DNA of 64,000 bases from contig CAYRUR010000001.1 of the NCBI GenBank assembly GCA_964427615.1, positions 50,425 to 114,424 of the forward strand, given 5' to 3'. The translations under genes were made by a program, and so were the position numbers. The notes under the pieces are model-generated. The model made no database searches, was not told the origin of the DNA, and was given only the letters and a program-made list of their open reading frames with translations. How positions within the stretch are numbered: the stretch's first letter is position 1; the number at the start of each line of letters is the position of its first letter. The DNA is from an uncultured Gammaproteobacteria bacterium. Its GTDB lineage: Bacteria; Patescibacteriota; Microgenomatia; Levybacterales; GWA1-39-11. Positions 10,490-20,737 of the stretch are shown in pieces.

Positions 10490-11179
10490 TTATTGCCGGG
10501 AAGTTCTACGAGTAAGTATTTTTTCGACAATACAGAGCGTCACAAAGTACCAAATACCTCCTACCATACCGGCAATAACGTCACTTGCATAATGTACTCC
10601 CAGGTAGACTCTACTAAAGCTTACCAACAACACTAACGTACCAGCTCCTGCTAATACAACACCACTCACCAAACGATTACGAGTTGCACGTAAAATAAGA
10701 TACGCCACCAGGGCATAAAAAAGAACAGAGCTCATGGCATGACCAGAAGGGTAACTATACGTTTCTTCTAACACCATCCCTGCAAAAGGAGGGCGAGGAC
10801 GCTGGATAAGCAATTTCAGTAGGAGATTAAGCAAAACACCGCTTCCTACTACAAATGTTGCAAAAAGTGCTTCCCAAATTTGCCTTTTGTAAACAAGAAA
10901 AGCAAAAAATAAAACACCAAAAAAAACAATGAACTCTCTCCCAAAAAGGGTAATAAACAACATAATTTGAGTAAGAAAAGGCGTACGAACAGACGCTACC
11001 CAAGAAGAAACAACACTATCTACAAAAACAAATTCTCCTCGTGCAAAAAAAGCAGTCATCAAAATAAAAACAAAGAGAGAAAGTGTACTTATTCCAATTG
11101 CCATAATCATTTTTAGAGACAGCATTTTTTGGGCAATAACTAGGTGAGTTTTTGACGGAAGTTTTTTTCCTATTTTCAT
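10490..11179 (-). CDS. PAP2-family phosphatase (undecaprenyl-diphosphatase/BcrC-like)
   Basis: PAP2 motifs KLLIQRPRPPF, YSYPSGHAMSS and SRVYLGVHYASDV, with multiple TMs. Start placed at the MKIGKK ATG (11179) to avoid overlap with gap; the longer ORF reaches 11365. Confidence 0.8.
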   Translation of the reverse strand: MKIGKKLPSKTHLVIAQKMLSLKMIMAIGISTLSLFVFILMTAFFARGEFVFVDSVVSSWVASVRTPFLTQIMLFITLFGREFIVFFGVLFFAFLVYKRQIWEALFATFVVGSGVLLNLLLKLLIQRPRPPFAGMVLEETYSYPSGHAMSSVLFYALVAYLILRATRNRLVSGVVLAGAGTLVLLVSFSRVYLGVHYASDVIAGMVGGIWYFVTLCIVEKILTRRTSRQ

Positions 11180-11249
11180 AATACGTAAGATTATTATACG
11201 CAATGTACTATTGAATTTTAAAACCAAGTGTTTTATGCTAGGACTAATC

Positions 11250-12311
11250 ATGATTAACGTTGCCATAAATGGATACGGCAGAATCGGAAGAGTAGCACAC
11301 CGGATTATTATTGAAAAACACAGTGATGCTATTAACATTGTTGCCATTAATGCCGGAAGAAGCACTGATTTACAAGGTTGGATGTACCTCCTACAGTATG
11401 ATACTGTCTATGGACCTCTTCAAGGACATAATTTTAAGGTAAAAGAAATTGAAAACCCAGAGAACACTCCTGGAAAACCCATGGGATATCTGATAATTGA
11501 TGATCAAGAAATTCCTGTGTTCTCCGAAAAAGAGATCGCCAATCTTCCTTGGAAAGATTTAAAAGTAGATGCTGTTATTGAATCAACAGGTGCATTTTTA
11601 AAACACGAAGATCTTATTAAACACATGCATGCAGGAGCAAAATCAGTAGTTCTTTCTGCTCCTTACAAAGGAGATACACACATCCCAACGTATGTCTTAG
11701 GCGTAAATTTAGAAAAAACAAAAGGAGATGTTGAAACCATAGTCAGTAACGCTTCATGTACGACCAACTGCATAACACCTGTGGCTCAAATTATAGAACA
11801 GCACTTTGGCATTGAAAAAGCCATGATGACGACCATTCACGGGTATACATCAGATCAAAGAATTCATGATGGAGGGCACAAAGATTATCGACGAGCCAGA
11901 GCAGCAGCGCAAAATATTATTCCTACCTCAACAGGGGCTACCAAAGCTGCTTCGGAGGCAATTCCCAAATTAAAAGGCATCTTTGAAGGACTAGCTATTA
12001 GAGTTCCTGTACCTACTGGCTCTCTTTCTGATTTTACGTTTTTAGTAAAAAGAGATACTACTGTAGAAGAGATCAACCAAGTCCTTACAGATGCTTCCAA
12101 AGAAGAACGATTCAAAGGCATTTTTGCGGTGACCACAGACCCCATTGTCTCCTCAGACATCATCGGCAACTCACACTCATCTATTGCAGACCTTTCCTTA
12201 ACCCAAGTAGTAGGAGGAAATATGGTAAAAGTTATTGCTTGGTATGATAACGAGTATGGCTATACTAACCGACTCGTAGAAGAGACTCTTATTGTTGGTA
12301 ATAACCGCTAA
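11250..12311 (+). CDS. gap: Glyceraldehyde-3-phosphate dehydrogenase
   Basis: NGYGRIGR Rossmann motif and active-site SNASCTTNC. Start taken at MINVAINGYGRIGR. Confidence 0.95.
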   Translation: MINVAINGYGRIGRVAHRIIIEKHSDAINIVAINAGRSTDLQGWMYLLQYDTVYGPLQGHNFKVKEIENPENTPGKPMGYLIIDDQEIPVFSEKEIANLPWKDLKVDAVIESTGAFLKHEDLIKHMHAGAKSVVLSAPYKGDTHIPTYVLGVNLEKTKGDVETIVSNASCTTNCITPVAQIIEQHFGIEKAMMTTIHGYTSDQRIHDGGHKDYRRARAAAQNIIPTSTGATKAASEAIPKLKGIFEGLAIRVPVPTGSLSDFTFLVKRDTTVEEINQVLTDASKEERFKGIFAVTTDPIVSSDIIGNSHSSIADLSLTQVVGGNMVKVIAWYDNEYGYTNRLVEETLIVGNNR

Positions 12312-12316
12312 TCCCC

Positions 12317-12976
12317 ATGCAGCCATCTATTGAGCAGGAAATACACAATCAAAAGAAAAGAGGAGTGCTTTTAGTACTCACCGGTCCTACAGGAGCAGGA
12401 AAAGATGCTGTGTTGGAAAAACTACAAAGCAAAAATCCTTCTTTGGTGCGCATTGTAACCACTACAAGCCGTGAAAAAAGACCAGGAGAATCAGAAGGAA
12501 AGCCCTATCACTTTATTAATCGAGACCAATTTGAAAAAAAGATTGCTAATGGTGACTTTTTTGAGTGGGTAGAATTTCGCGGAAATCTATATGGAACAGA
12601 AAAAAAAGAACTGCATGAAGCACTCCAAAACGGACATGATGTAGCATGGAAAATAGAAGCAAAAGGAGTTAAAAACATCAAGCAAAAAGTAAAAGAGACC
12701 ATTCCTCGCTCAGTTTTTGTGTACCTCTCAGCCAACAGTATGCAAGTTCTGGAAAAAAGAGTACGAAAAGCTGAGGCAGAGCCCGATAAACGCTGGAATC
12801 CTTCTCTGGTCTCCTGGGAAATGGAACAATTTACTGATTCTGAGTATTTGGTAATCAATGAAGAAAATGAGCTGGAGAAAACAGTGGAAAAAGTACACGC
12901 AATTATGGAAGCTAAAAGACTGGAAACTACTACTCAGCGAGAAAAAGAAGGAAATGGTGTGATAGCAGGAGAGTAA
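12317..12976 (+). CDS. gmk: Guanylate kinase
   Basis: P-loop GPTGAGK, then TTTSREKRPGESEGKPYHFI and EFRGNLYGT, matching the Gmk SxTTRxPRPGE..G..Y.F / GNxYGT pattern. Confidence 0.75.
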   Translation: MQPSIEQEIHNQKKRGVLLVLTGPTGAGKDAVLEKLQSKNPSLVRIVTTTSREKRPGESEGKPYHFINRDQFEKKIANGDFFEWVEFRGNLYGTEKKELHEALQNGHDVAWKIEAKGVKNIKQKVKETIPRSVFVYLSANSMQVLEKRVRKAEAEPDKRWNPSLVSWEMEQFTDSEYLVINEENELEKTVEKVHAIMEAKRLETTTQREKEGNGVIAGE

Positions 12977-15300
12977 TTACAGCGATTTGCAGGTACCGTC
13001 CCTTTTATAAAATACATCTCCCTCCCAAAACAATGTTGCTTTACCACATCAGAAGGGATTTCTACTTTTTCCTGACTACCTTCTATTAACTGACTGATGA
13101 TATCGTGCCACATAGGAGCAGCACCCGTAATACCCGATGCTAAAGCCTGGCTCATAGGAGAGTTATCATTGTTACCTACCCAGGTCGCTACTACATAAGA
13201 AGGTGTGTAGCCAATTGTCCAGTTATCTCTTTTGTTATCACTAGTGCCTGTTTTGACTGATACTCGATGTTCTGGAATATGTAAAGGAGAGTTAGTACCA
13301 AACTCAATACTGCGAGCATTATTGTCAGCTAAGATATCTGAAATAATAAAAGAAACTCCAGGACTTAACACCTCTTTTTTCTTTCCTTCCTTCTTATACA
13401 GTAATTTTCCATGTGCATTTCTCACCTCCAAAATTGGATCAAGATCTACACGAGTACCATGATTGGCTAATGTCCCAAAAACTGTTGCCATATCAAGCAT
13501 AGTTGCTTCACCACTTCCTAGAGTAATAGCTAGACCATATTTGTTGGCATTTCCCCAACTAGACACTCCCATTTCCTTTCCCAGTTTTACCATTTTTTCA
13601 ACTCCATATTGTTGTGTGAGACGTACTGCTGGAATATTGAATGAATTGGCTAAAGCAATACGTAACGGAACTCTGCCATGAAACCTGCCATCATAATTCA
13701 CAGGGGCATACACAGATCCATCTGGATTTACAATAGAAAAAGGAGTATCATCCACCAAACTTGCTTCAGTCATACCTGACGAGAGAGCAAGAGCATAGGT
13801 AATAACTTTCACCGTTGATCCTGGTTGACGCAACGCCGTGGTTAAGTTTACATTTCCCTCGTGTTCTTCATCAAAATAATTTCTACTGCCAACCATGGCT
13901 AAGATATCTCCTGTTTTAGGATTCGTTACCACTGCTGCGCCATTATGTAAATTTAAGTGTTCGTTTGCCTCAACATGTTGAGTAACTTTTTCTTGTGTTT
14001 TCTCCTGTACTGATAGGTCAAGAGTAGTAATAACCTGTAATCCTCCGTGCTCTACCTCTGAAAGTCCATACTTTTCTACCAGTAAATTTTTAACATACAT
14101 CACAAAGTGAGGAGCTTTAAGCGGAATAGCAGGTTTTTGAAAAGTAAGCTCCTCAGCATAGGCTATTTTTGCTTGCTCTTGGCTAATGTACCCTTGTCTC
14201 ACCATCGCATCAAGCACATCTTTTTGCCGCACTTTCCACGTACCTTTCACCCCACTATATGGAGAGTAAATACTCGGAGCACGAGGGAGTCCTGCTAAAA
14301 ATGCTGCTTCAGCCAAAGTCAAATCCGAGACATCTTTACCAAAATAAACTTCGCTCGCCGACTGCACTCCCCAGGCTGTCCCTCCATAAGGAACATAATT
14401 AAAGTACATCTCAAGAATCTGATCTTTGGTATATACCCGTTCTGCCCAAAAAGCTAAGACTACTTCTTTGACCTTACGAATAATCGTAGGCTCTGGGGTG
14501 AGAAAAGCTGATTTAATAAGCTGTTGGGTAATCGTAGACCCTCCCTGAAAACCTTCTTGCTTGAGATCTACGAGAGCTGCCCGTGCAATCCCTCGAATAT
14601 CAAAGCCTGGGTGGGTATAGAAATCTTTGTCCTCAATCGCAATCGTTGCGTGTTGTAAGCTCTTGGGAATGTGCTGAAGTTTTACCACTGTTCTATTTTG
14701 ATTAGCGTAAATTTCATAGAGCAAGTTGCCATTTCTGTCATAGAGTTTAGTAGTCTGGGGGATATAGTTGAGAGACAAATTATCAGGATTGGGTAATTCA
14801 GTTACAAAAAAATAAAACAAAAGGGGAGCAAACACAAAAACAAAAGAAAGAAAAGAACCTAATAGGACATACTTTGCTTTATAAAAAAATGAAGGACGAT
14901 ATAAACCTTTTCTGCTAGGACGACCTCTTTTTTTCTTTTTTTTAAAAGAAAATATTCCCCCAATGAAAGCTAGACTTCTTCTTACCCCATCCACTATTTT
15001 TTTAGGTATCTGCATAATAAATAAAAGAAAAGAGGTACATGACGACGAAATTTTCTGCAATACCTGCAAGGTAATCACAAAACCCTTAGGTTTTCTTGTA
15101 GTAGAGACGTAGAGATCTTTTTTCCGAGCGATTCCTTTTTTCTTTTTTTTAAAAGGAAAAAAGAAGGCATAGAACTGAGAAATTGACAATTGAATTTGGT
15201 GATAAAAAAAAGAAATTTTTTGCAGAATGAAAATAATGGCATCACCAATTTTTATAAAAAAAAGTAATATGTAAAAAAAAAGATAGCGCAACACACTCAT
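12934..15300 (-). CDS. Second class A penicillin-binding protein (PBP1A paralog) with an unusual Lys-rich N-terminal extension
   Basis: IEDKDFYTHPGFDIRGIARA (GT51), GSTVKV (SxxK) and KTGTS. The N-terminal ~150 aa contains a duplicated FxFKKKKKG/R..RK segment. An alternative start is ATG 15015 (MQIPKK), just before the TM helix. Confidence 0.85.
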   Translation of the reverse strand: MSVLRYLFFYILLFFIKIGDAIIFILQKISFFYHQIQLSISQFYAFFFPFKKKKKGIARKKDLYVSTTRKPKGFVITLQVLQKISSSCTSFLLFIMQIPKKIVDGVRRSLAFIGGIFSFKKKKKRGRPSRKGLYRPSFFYKAKYVLLGSFLSFVFVFAPLLFYFFVTELPNPDNLSLNYIPQTTKLYDRNGNLLYEIYANQNRTVVKLQHIPKSLQHATIAIEDKDFYTHPGFDIRGIARAALVDLKQEGFQGGSTITQQLIKSAFLTPEPTIIRKVKEVVLAFWAERVYTKDQILEMYFNYVPYGGTAWGVQSASEVYFGKDVSDLTLAEAAFLAGLPRAPSIYSPYSGVKGTWKVRQKDVLDAMVRQGYISQEQAKIAYAEELTFQKPAIPLKAPHFVMYVKNLLVEKYGLSEVEHGGLQVITTLDLSVQEKTQEKVTQHVEANEHLNLHNGAAVVTNPKTGDILAMVGSRNYFDEEHEGNVNLTTALRQPGSTVKVITYALALSSGMTEASLVDDTPFSIVNPDGSVYAPVNYDGRFHGRVPLRIALANSFNIPAVRLTQQYGVEKMVKLGKEMGVSSWGNANKYGLAITLGSGEATMLDMATVFGTLANHGTRVDLDPILEVRNAHGKLLYKKEGKKKEVLSPGVSFIISDILADNNARSIEFGTNSPLHIPEHRVSVKTGTSDNKRDNWTIGYTPSYVVATWVGNNDNSPMSQALASGITGAAPMWHDIISQLIEGSQEKVEIPSDVVKQHCFGREMYFIKGTVPANRCNYSPAITPFPSFSR

Positions 15301-15452
15301 AGTACAAATCGGCAGGGGACAATTAAAGGGAATTGTAACACAAATAGAATAAAACTAAAAGCATAATTTATGCTATAACACGACTCAGAGTAATAGCATT
15401 TTTTTACTCACCTTTTCTTTTTTTTAGAACTCCGGTACAATGAACAGTATCC

Positions 15453-16454
15453 ATGAATGCACTCGTTATTGGATCAGCAAATATTGACCTTTTTTTAAAA
15501 ACGAAAAGCTCCTCTCATACTGAAATAAATCAAGAAAAGGTTACGCTTACCCTAGGAGATAAAATTCCTATAGATGTGAATAATATGTCTTTAGGCGGAA
15601 ATGGAGCGAATGTCTCAGTAGGACTGGCTAGGCTTGGCATACCTACTCAGTTTTTTACTTACTTAGGTAATGATATTCTCTCACTTGAGATTAAAGAAAA
15701 AATCAAGAAAGAAGGCGTGCAACTCATTACAGAAGAAGCACAAGAAAACAACACCTCTTTTTCTCTTATTTTCCAGTTTGATGATGACAGAATTATTTTT
15801 TCTCACCATCCAGTTCAAGACCATGACTTTACCTACCAACCAAGCGAAGCAATTGATTTTGTATACCTTACTTCTATTGGCAAAGAATGGAAAAAAGCCT
15901 ACCAAAAAGTGCTGCAGTTCATCCAAGCACACCATACCCATTTTGCTTTCTCTCCTGGATCTCAACAATTAGGTAACATGGATGATCTTTTTTTTGAGGT
16001 ACTAGCACATGCTGACAGTGTCTTTGTTAACAAAGAAGAAGCAGAGCGCATTTTAGCTCACCAACAGATTACTACTACCTCTATTGATCAAACTTTACAA
16101 GAGCTACAAAGGTTAGGTCCTAGTCTCGTCTCAGTTACTGATGGAGCCCGAGGAGCATATGCCAAACAAGGTAGCTCTGCCGCCTTGTTTATTGACGTAA
16201 TCCCCTTTATGGATCCGATTGAAAAAACAGGTGCAGGGGATGCCTATGCTTCAGGGTTTTCTGCTGCCTATTTGTATCAACTCCCAATTCCCCTCTGCAT
16301 GCAGTGGGGAATGCTGAATGCTCATGGCACTATGCAAGACATGGGAGCTCAAAATGGCATTTTTACCAAACAACAAATGGAAAAAATGATCACCGAAAAA
16401 GACATACCAGTTGCAACACCAATGCAAGAAGCACTATACTCAAAGAGCATATGA
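15453..16454 (+). CDS. PfkB-family carbohydrate kinase (ribokinase-like)
   Basis: C-terminal PfkB signature GAGDAYASGF and an N-terminal GG dipeptide region (LGGNGANV). Confidence 0.8.
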   Translation: MNALVIGSANIDLFLKTKSSSHTEINQEKVTLTLGDKIPIDVNNMSLGGNGANVSVGLARLGIPTQFFTYLGNDILSLEIKEKIKKEGVQLITEEAQENNTSFSLIFQFDDDRIIFSHHPVQDHDFTYQPSEAIDFVYLTSIGKEWKKAYQKVLQFIQAHHTHFAFSPGSQQLGNMDDLFFEVLAHADSVFVNKEEAERILAHQQITTTSIDQTLQELQRLGPSLVSVTDGARGAYAKQGSSAALFIDVIPFMDPIEKTGAGDAYASGFSAAYLYQLPIPLCMQWGMLNAHGTMQDMGAQNGIFTKQQMEKMITEKDIPVATPMQEALYSKSI

Positions 16455-17320
16455 TGACACTTACGCAAATACACCACAAAGCAAAGGAAGAAAAATGGGC
16501 TGTTCCTCACTTTAATTTTGCAAGCCTCTCTCAACTCAAAGGGATTATTGCCGGAGCAACTCAAGTAAAGGCGCCTATTTTAGCAGGAGCCTCTGAAGGA
16601 GAAAGGAAATTTATGGGACCTGCTCAAGTTGTAGCTCTCATTAGAAGTTACCGCGAAGAGATGGGAATTCCTATTTACTTAAATGCTGACCACTCACACA
16701 GCGTGGAATCAGCTCTAGAAGCCTTTGAAGCAGGATTTGACTCCATTCACATTGACCTATCAAAAAAACCATTTGCCGAAAACCTTGAAGGAACAAAACG
16801 GGTAGTAGATTACATTAAATCCAAAAATCCTGCCGTAGAAGTAGAAGCAGAGTTGGGGTATCTGGCAACTGATTCTTCAAAAGTATATGACACGGTCATT
16901 GAAATTCCAGAAGATAGTTACACAAAAGTAGAACAGGCTATCGAATTTGTAGAAAAAACAGGTATTGATCGTTTTGCCCCTGCCATTGGTAATATTCATG
17001 GTATCGCAGCTAATAAACCTAAAATTAAATTTGATCTTATCAAACAGCTGCAAGAGGCCTTACCAAAAGATCTGACCTTTGTGCTACACGGCGGCTCAGG
17101 TATTGCAGATGAAGATCTACGCAAAATAGTTGAGATGGGCTTTAATAACGTGCATATTTCTACAGAACTGCGTGTAGCTTACACTCAAGGTTTACGCAAT
17201 GCATTAGAGCAAAATGAACAAGATATTGCTCCCTATAACTATTTGCAAAAAGCAGCTGATGCAGTTACCGAAGTGGTAATTAAAAAACTGGAAACATACC
17301 ACACAGTCAACGTACTATAA
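16451..17320 (+). CDS. Class II fructose/tagatose-bisphosphate aldolase family protein
   Basis: YLNADHSHS and VLHGGSG motifs of the F_bP_aldolase (class II) family. Start at the ATGATGA overlap with the pfkB stop; the upstream 49 codons of the ORF overlap pfkB and are probably not translated. Confidence 0.7.
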   Translation: MMTLTQIHHKAKEEKWAVPHFNFASLSQLKGIIAGATQVKAPILAGASEGERKFMGPAQVVALIRSYREEMGIPIYLNADHSHSVESALEAFEAGFDSIHIDLSKKPFAENLEGTKRVVDYIKSKNPAVEVEAELGYLATDSSKVYDTVIEIPEDSYTKVEQAIEFVEKTGIDRFAPAIGNIHGIAANKPKIKFDLIKQLQEALPKDLTFVLHGGSGIADEDLRKIVEMGFNNVHISTELRVAYTQGLRNALEQNEQDIAPYNYLQKAADAVTEVVIKKLETYHTVNVL

Positions 17321-17325
17321 TCATC

Positions 17326-17775
17326 ATGAAAATTTACCTAGGAGCTGACCACCGAGGGTTTGAGCTAAAAAATCACATCAAAACAATTCTTACATCTCAG
17401 AATATATCCTACGAGGACCTAGGCAATACGGAATATGACCCACACGATGATTACCCAATATTTGCAGAGAGAGTCGCTAAAAAAGTAGCTGAAGAAAAAG
17501 AAGTGTTGGGGATTGTATTTTGCGGATCAGGAGCAGGAGTAGATATTACGGCTAATAAAATTGATGGTGTCCGTTCTGTACTTGCTATCTCACCAGAGCA
17601 GGTAGAAGCTGCCCGAAGAGATGATAAGGTGAATGTGCTTGCAATAGCCTCTGATTACACAGATACAGAGCAGGTGGAAAAAATAATTACCGCTTTTGCA
17701 AACACCCCTTATGAAGCAACTGCCAAACGAGAGAGAAGACTTGAACAAATTGAAACAATAGAATATGACAACTAA
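17326..17775 (+). CDS. rpiB: Ribose-5-phosphate isomerase B (RpiB/LacAB family)
   Basis: MKIYLGADHRGFELK and FCGSGAGVDITANK match RpiB motifs. Size is 149 aa. Confidence 0.8.
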   Translation: MKIYLGADHRGFELKNHIKTILTSQNISYEDLGNTEYDPHDDYPIFAERVAKKVAEEKEVLGIVFCGSGAGVDITANKIDGVRSVLAISPEQVEAARRDDKVNVLAIASDYTDTEQVEKIITAFANTPYEATAKRERRLEQIETIEYDN

Positions 17776-18403
17776 TAAGATCATCCCTGCAATTCTGGAA
17801 TACAGCGAAGAGGCAATAGAGAGAAAAATACAAGAAGCCCTTACTTTTGCCACACATCTGCATATAGATATTATTGATGAGTCATTTGCTGAAAAAACCA
17901 CACTTCCTAACCCTTCGCTATTTACCCCATTTAAAGATCTGGCGTTCTTAGAGCTACATATGATGGTAAAAGATCCAAAAAGTCTTTTAAAGGCCTATTC
18001 TGACGCGGGATTTAAGCGTTTTTTAGGGCACATTGAGACTCTTGCTGACCCTACCTCTTTTATTGAAGAAACACACGATTTTGAAAAAGAAGCTTTTATT
18101 GCCATTGACCTCCCTACCCCTATTGAAAAGGTCTACTTACCCCTCCTTCCAGACGGCATAACCATTATGGGAGTAAAAGCCGGTGCTTCAGGGCAACCTT
18201 TTACTGAAAGCATATATGAGAAAATCAGAACAGCCAAAAGACAATTTCCATACCTACCACTGGAAATTGATGGGGGAGTAAATAGTGCCACTATCCAAAA
18301 AGCACACCAGTGTGGAGCCTCTGCCTTTGTAGCCTCAAGTGCTATTTTTACAACCTCTTCTCCTACGGAAGCATTTAGGCAACTGCACCAACTATTAAGT
18401 TAA
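17765..18403 (+). CDS. Ribulose-phosphate 3-epimerase-like TIM-barrel protein (divergent)
   Basis: IIPAILEYS start and C-terminal LEIDGGVN...GASAFVASSAIF resemble RPE. The expected HxDxMDGxF motif is replaced by HIDIIDESFAE, so function is uncertain. Confidence 0.5.
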   Translation: MTTNKIIPAILEYSEEAIERKIQEALTFATHLHIDIIDESFAEKTTLPNPSLFTPFKDLAFLELHMMVKDPKSLLKAYSDAGFKRFLGHIETLADPTSFIEETHDFEKEAFIAIDLPTPIEKVYLPLLPDGITIMGVKAGASGQPFTESIYEKIRTAKRQFPYLPLEIDGGVNSATIQKAHQCGASAFVASSAIFTTSSPTEAFRQLHQLLS

Positions 18404-20727
18404 GAGAAAATATCTCTTAAAAATGGGTTCATCATAATAAGTACCTGCAAAAGTAAAACCATAATAATAGAGGCAAATAAAAATTTATTAATTGGGAAAA
18501 AAGTGCCTCGAGCCACAAAAACTATAATCATCTCACCTACTACCAAACTATTAAACAAAATTAATTGTGCCGTACTTACTGAAAAAAACTGCAAAGCCAA
18601 AACATATATTCCAATTAAAACAAGCGAGAATGGAATCGTGATGGCTGCAATAAGACGCATTCTGGAACCATTTAAAATATGTTCTGAAACATTACGAGGG
18701 GTGCGTGATAAGAGACCATTTTTACGTGAATCAGTAGCCAGAGCCAGAGCAGGAAGCCCATCAGAGATCAGGTTTACATATAAAATTTGAACGGGTAGAA
18801 GAGGAATGGGCAAACCAAGCAACACGCCTAGAAAAATCACCAAAAACTCAGAAGCATTAGAAGAAAACAAAAAAACAACTACACGGGTAATGTTATCAAA
18901 AATACCTCTTCCTTCCTCGACAGCTTTAATAACCGTGCTTAAATTATCATCGGTAATTACCATGTCTGCTGCTTCTTTGGCTACATCTGTGCCTGTGTCC
19001 CCCATAGCTACACCAATATGCGCCTCTGACAAAGCAAGCGCATCATTGACTCCATCTCCGGTAACCGCTACCACAAAACCAGCTTGACGATACAAACGTA
19101 CGAGACGTAGCTTGTCCTGAGGTCTCATCCTGGCAAAAACACGAACAGTTGGCAACATCCGTAAGAGTTCCTCATCTGTTTGCTTGGCCACATCTTCGGT
19201 AGTCAGCACTACCTCACCTGGTTCAATTAACCCAATCTCCTGTGCAATTTTCAGTGCCGTAACAGGACCATCACCGGTTACCATAACCACTCGAATACCA
19301 GCTTTGCGCGCTTGTTGCAGTGTTTTTTTTGCTTCTTCCCGAGGTGGATCGTAAATAGCCAGCAGTCCTAAAAAGATATAATCTGGCTCATCTCCATTTT
19401 TGTAAGCAAAAGCAACTACTCGTAACCCTTCAGCAGCAAGTTCTGCTACTTTTTTCTCTATTTTTTCACATTCCTTGTGAGAAATAAGTTTTAAAACACT
19501 CTCAGCTGCACCTCGTACAAAGTGGTACCGTTGACCATCCTGTTCCCACTCAACCTCTATCATTTTTTTCTCAGAATCAAACGGTTTTTCTCGAATAATC
19601 CTTCCTTCATCACGAAAGTGGTCTAAATCTCTTACCTCTCCTCTCACAAAAAGAAGAAAGGCACCATCTGTTTTGTCCCCTAGAGTATCAACTCCCTGCT
19701 CATTTTCTTTTAAAATCAAACTTGCAGTATTACCCAATACAGCTGCACGCAATAACAAAGGCTTATTTTTAAGATCTGGAATCCACTGTTTTTTTACAGT
19801 CATTCGGTTTTGGGTAAGCGTACCAGTCTTATCAGACAATACGACACTCGTTGAGCCAAGTGTTTCAATGGAATTCATCTTGCGTACAATGGCTTTACTT
19901 TTAGCCATACGATACGCTCCTACAGCAAGGGCAACGGTTACAACCAATGGTAATCCTTCAGGAATCACTGCGACAGCAAGACTTATCACTGTAATCAACA
20001 GATTTTCAATACTTCTTCCCTGTAAAAAGCCAATTGGTATTAAGATTACTGATAAGCCCAAAGCAATAAAAGCAAGTCGTTTACCTAAGGTATCCAGGTT
20101 TTGAGCAAGCGGAGTAGGAGGCCGTTTTATACCCTTCATTTCTGAGGCAATTTGCCCTAACTTTGTGTTCATACCTGTTGCCGTAACCTGCATATACCCT
20201 CGTCCTTGCAGGATAAAAGTACCTGAATAAATAGTGTCAGACTTCTTCCTTTCAACAGGCAAAGATTCTCCAGTAAGAACTGATTCATCTATCTGTAAAG
20301 GAATGTTTTCAAGCAGCATACCATCAGCTAGAATTCTATCTCCTTCACGCAGCACCACAATATCACCTGGCACCAACAAAGAAGCTTCTATTTCCTGCTC
20401 TTTACCCCCACGTACTACTTGTACAGAAGGAAGGATCAGCTTTTTTAGTTTTTCTAATGCTTTTTCTGCTCTATATTCCTGAACAAACCCAAAAAGACCA
20501 TTTAACATTACAACTAAAAAAATAAAACCTGCGTCCACAAATTCTTGTAAAGCAAGTGCAAAAAGAGCGGCAATAAATAAAATAAAGGTAATAACATTGG
20601 TATATTGAGCTAAAAGAAGCTGCATGAGTGAAACTTCTTTCTTTTGCTCAATGCTGTTTTTACCGTACTGCTCAAAGAGTTTTTTTACCTGGGAAGCAGA
20701 AAGGCCTGTGTATTTGGTGGAATTCAT
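18400..20727 (-). CDS. Cation-transporting P-type ATPase
   Basis: DKTGTLT phosphorylation motif, TGDG, GDGVNDALAL, and N- and C-terminal TM bundles. 775 aa. Confidence 0.85.
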   Translation of the reverse strand: MNSTKYTGLSASQVKKLFEQYGKNSIEQKKEVSLMQLLLAQYTNVITFILFIAALFALALQEFVDAGFIFLVVMLNGLFGFVQEYRAEKALEKLKKLILPSVQVVRGGKEQEIEASLLVPGDIVVLREGDRILADGMLLENIPLQIDESVLTGESLPVERKKSDTIYSGTFILQGRGYMQVTATGMNTKLGQIASEMKGIKRPPTPLAQNLDTLGKRLAFIALGLSVILIPIGFLQGRSIENLLITVISLAVAVIPEGLPLVVTVALAVGAYRMAKSKAIVRKMNSIETLGSTSVVLSDKTGTLTQNRMTVKKQWIPDLKNKPLLLRAAVLGNTASLILKENEQGVDTLGDKTDGAFLLFVRGEVRDLDHFRDEGRIIREKPFDSEKKMIEVEWEQDGQRYHFVRGAAESVLKLISHKECEKIEKKVAELAAEGLRVVAFAYKNGDEPDYIFLGLLAIYDPPREEAKKTLQQARKAGIRVVMVTGDGPVTALKIAQEIGLIEPGEVVLTTEDVAKQTDEELLRMLPTVRVFARMRPQDKLRLVRLYRQAGFVVAVTGDGVNDALALSEAHIGVAMGDTGTDVAKEAADMVITDDNLSTVIKAVEEGRGIFDNITRVVVFLFSSNASEFLVIFLGVLLGLPIPLLPVQILYVNLISDGLPALALATDSRKNGLLSRTPRNVSEHILNGSRMRLIAAITIPFSLVLIGIYVLALQFFSVSTAQLILFNSLVVGEMIIVFVARGTFFPINKFLFASIIMVLLLQVLIMMNPFLRDIFS

Positions 20728-20737
20728 ACCTATCTAC

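Noticed and set aside
13232-14298. Plus-strand ORFs (76, 72 and 63 aa) inside the second PBP gene
   Set aside because: Antisense to a confidently called PBP with intact motifs. No independent support.
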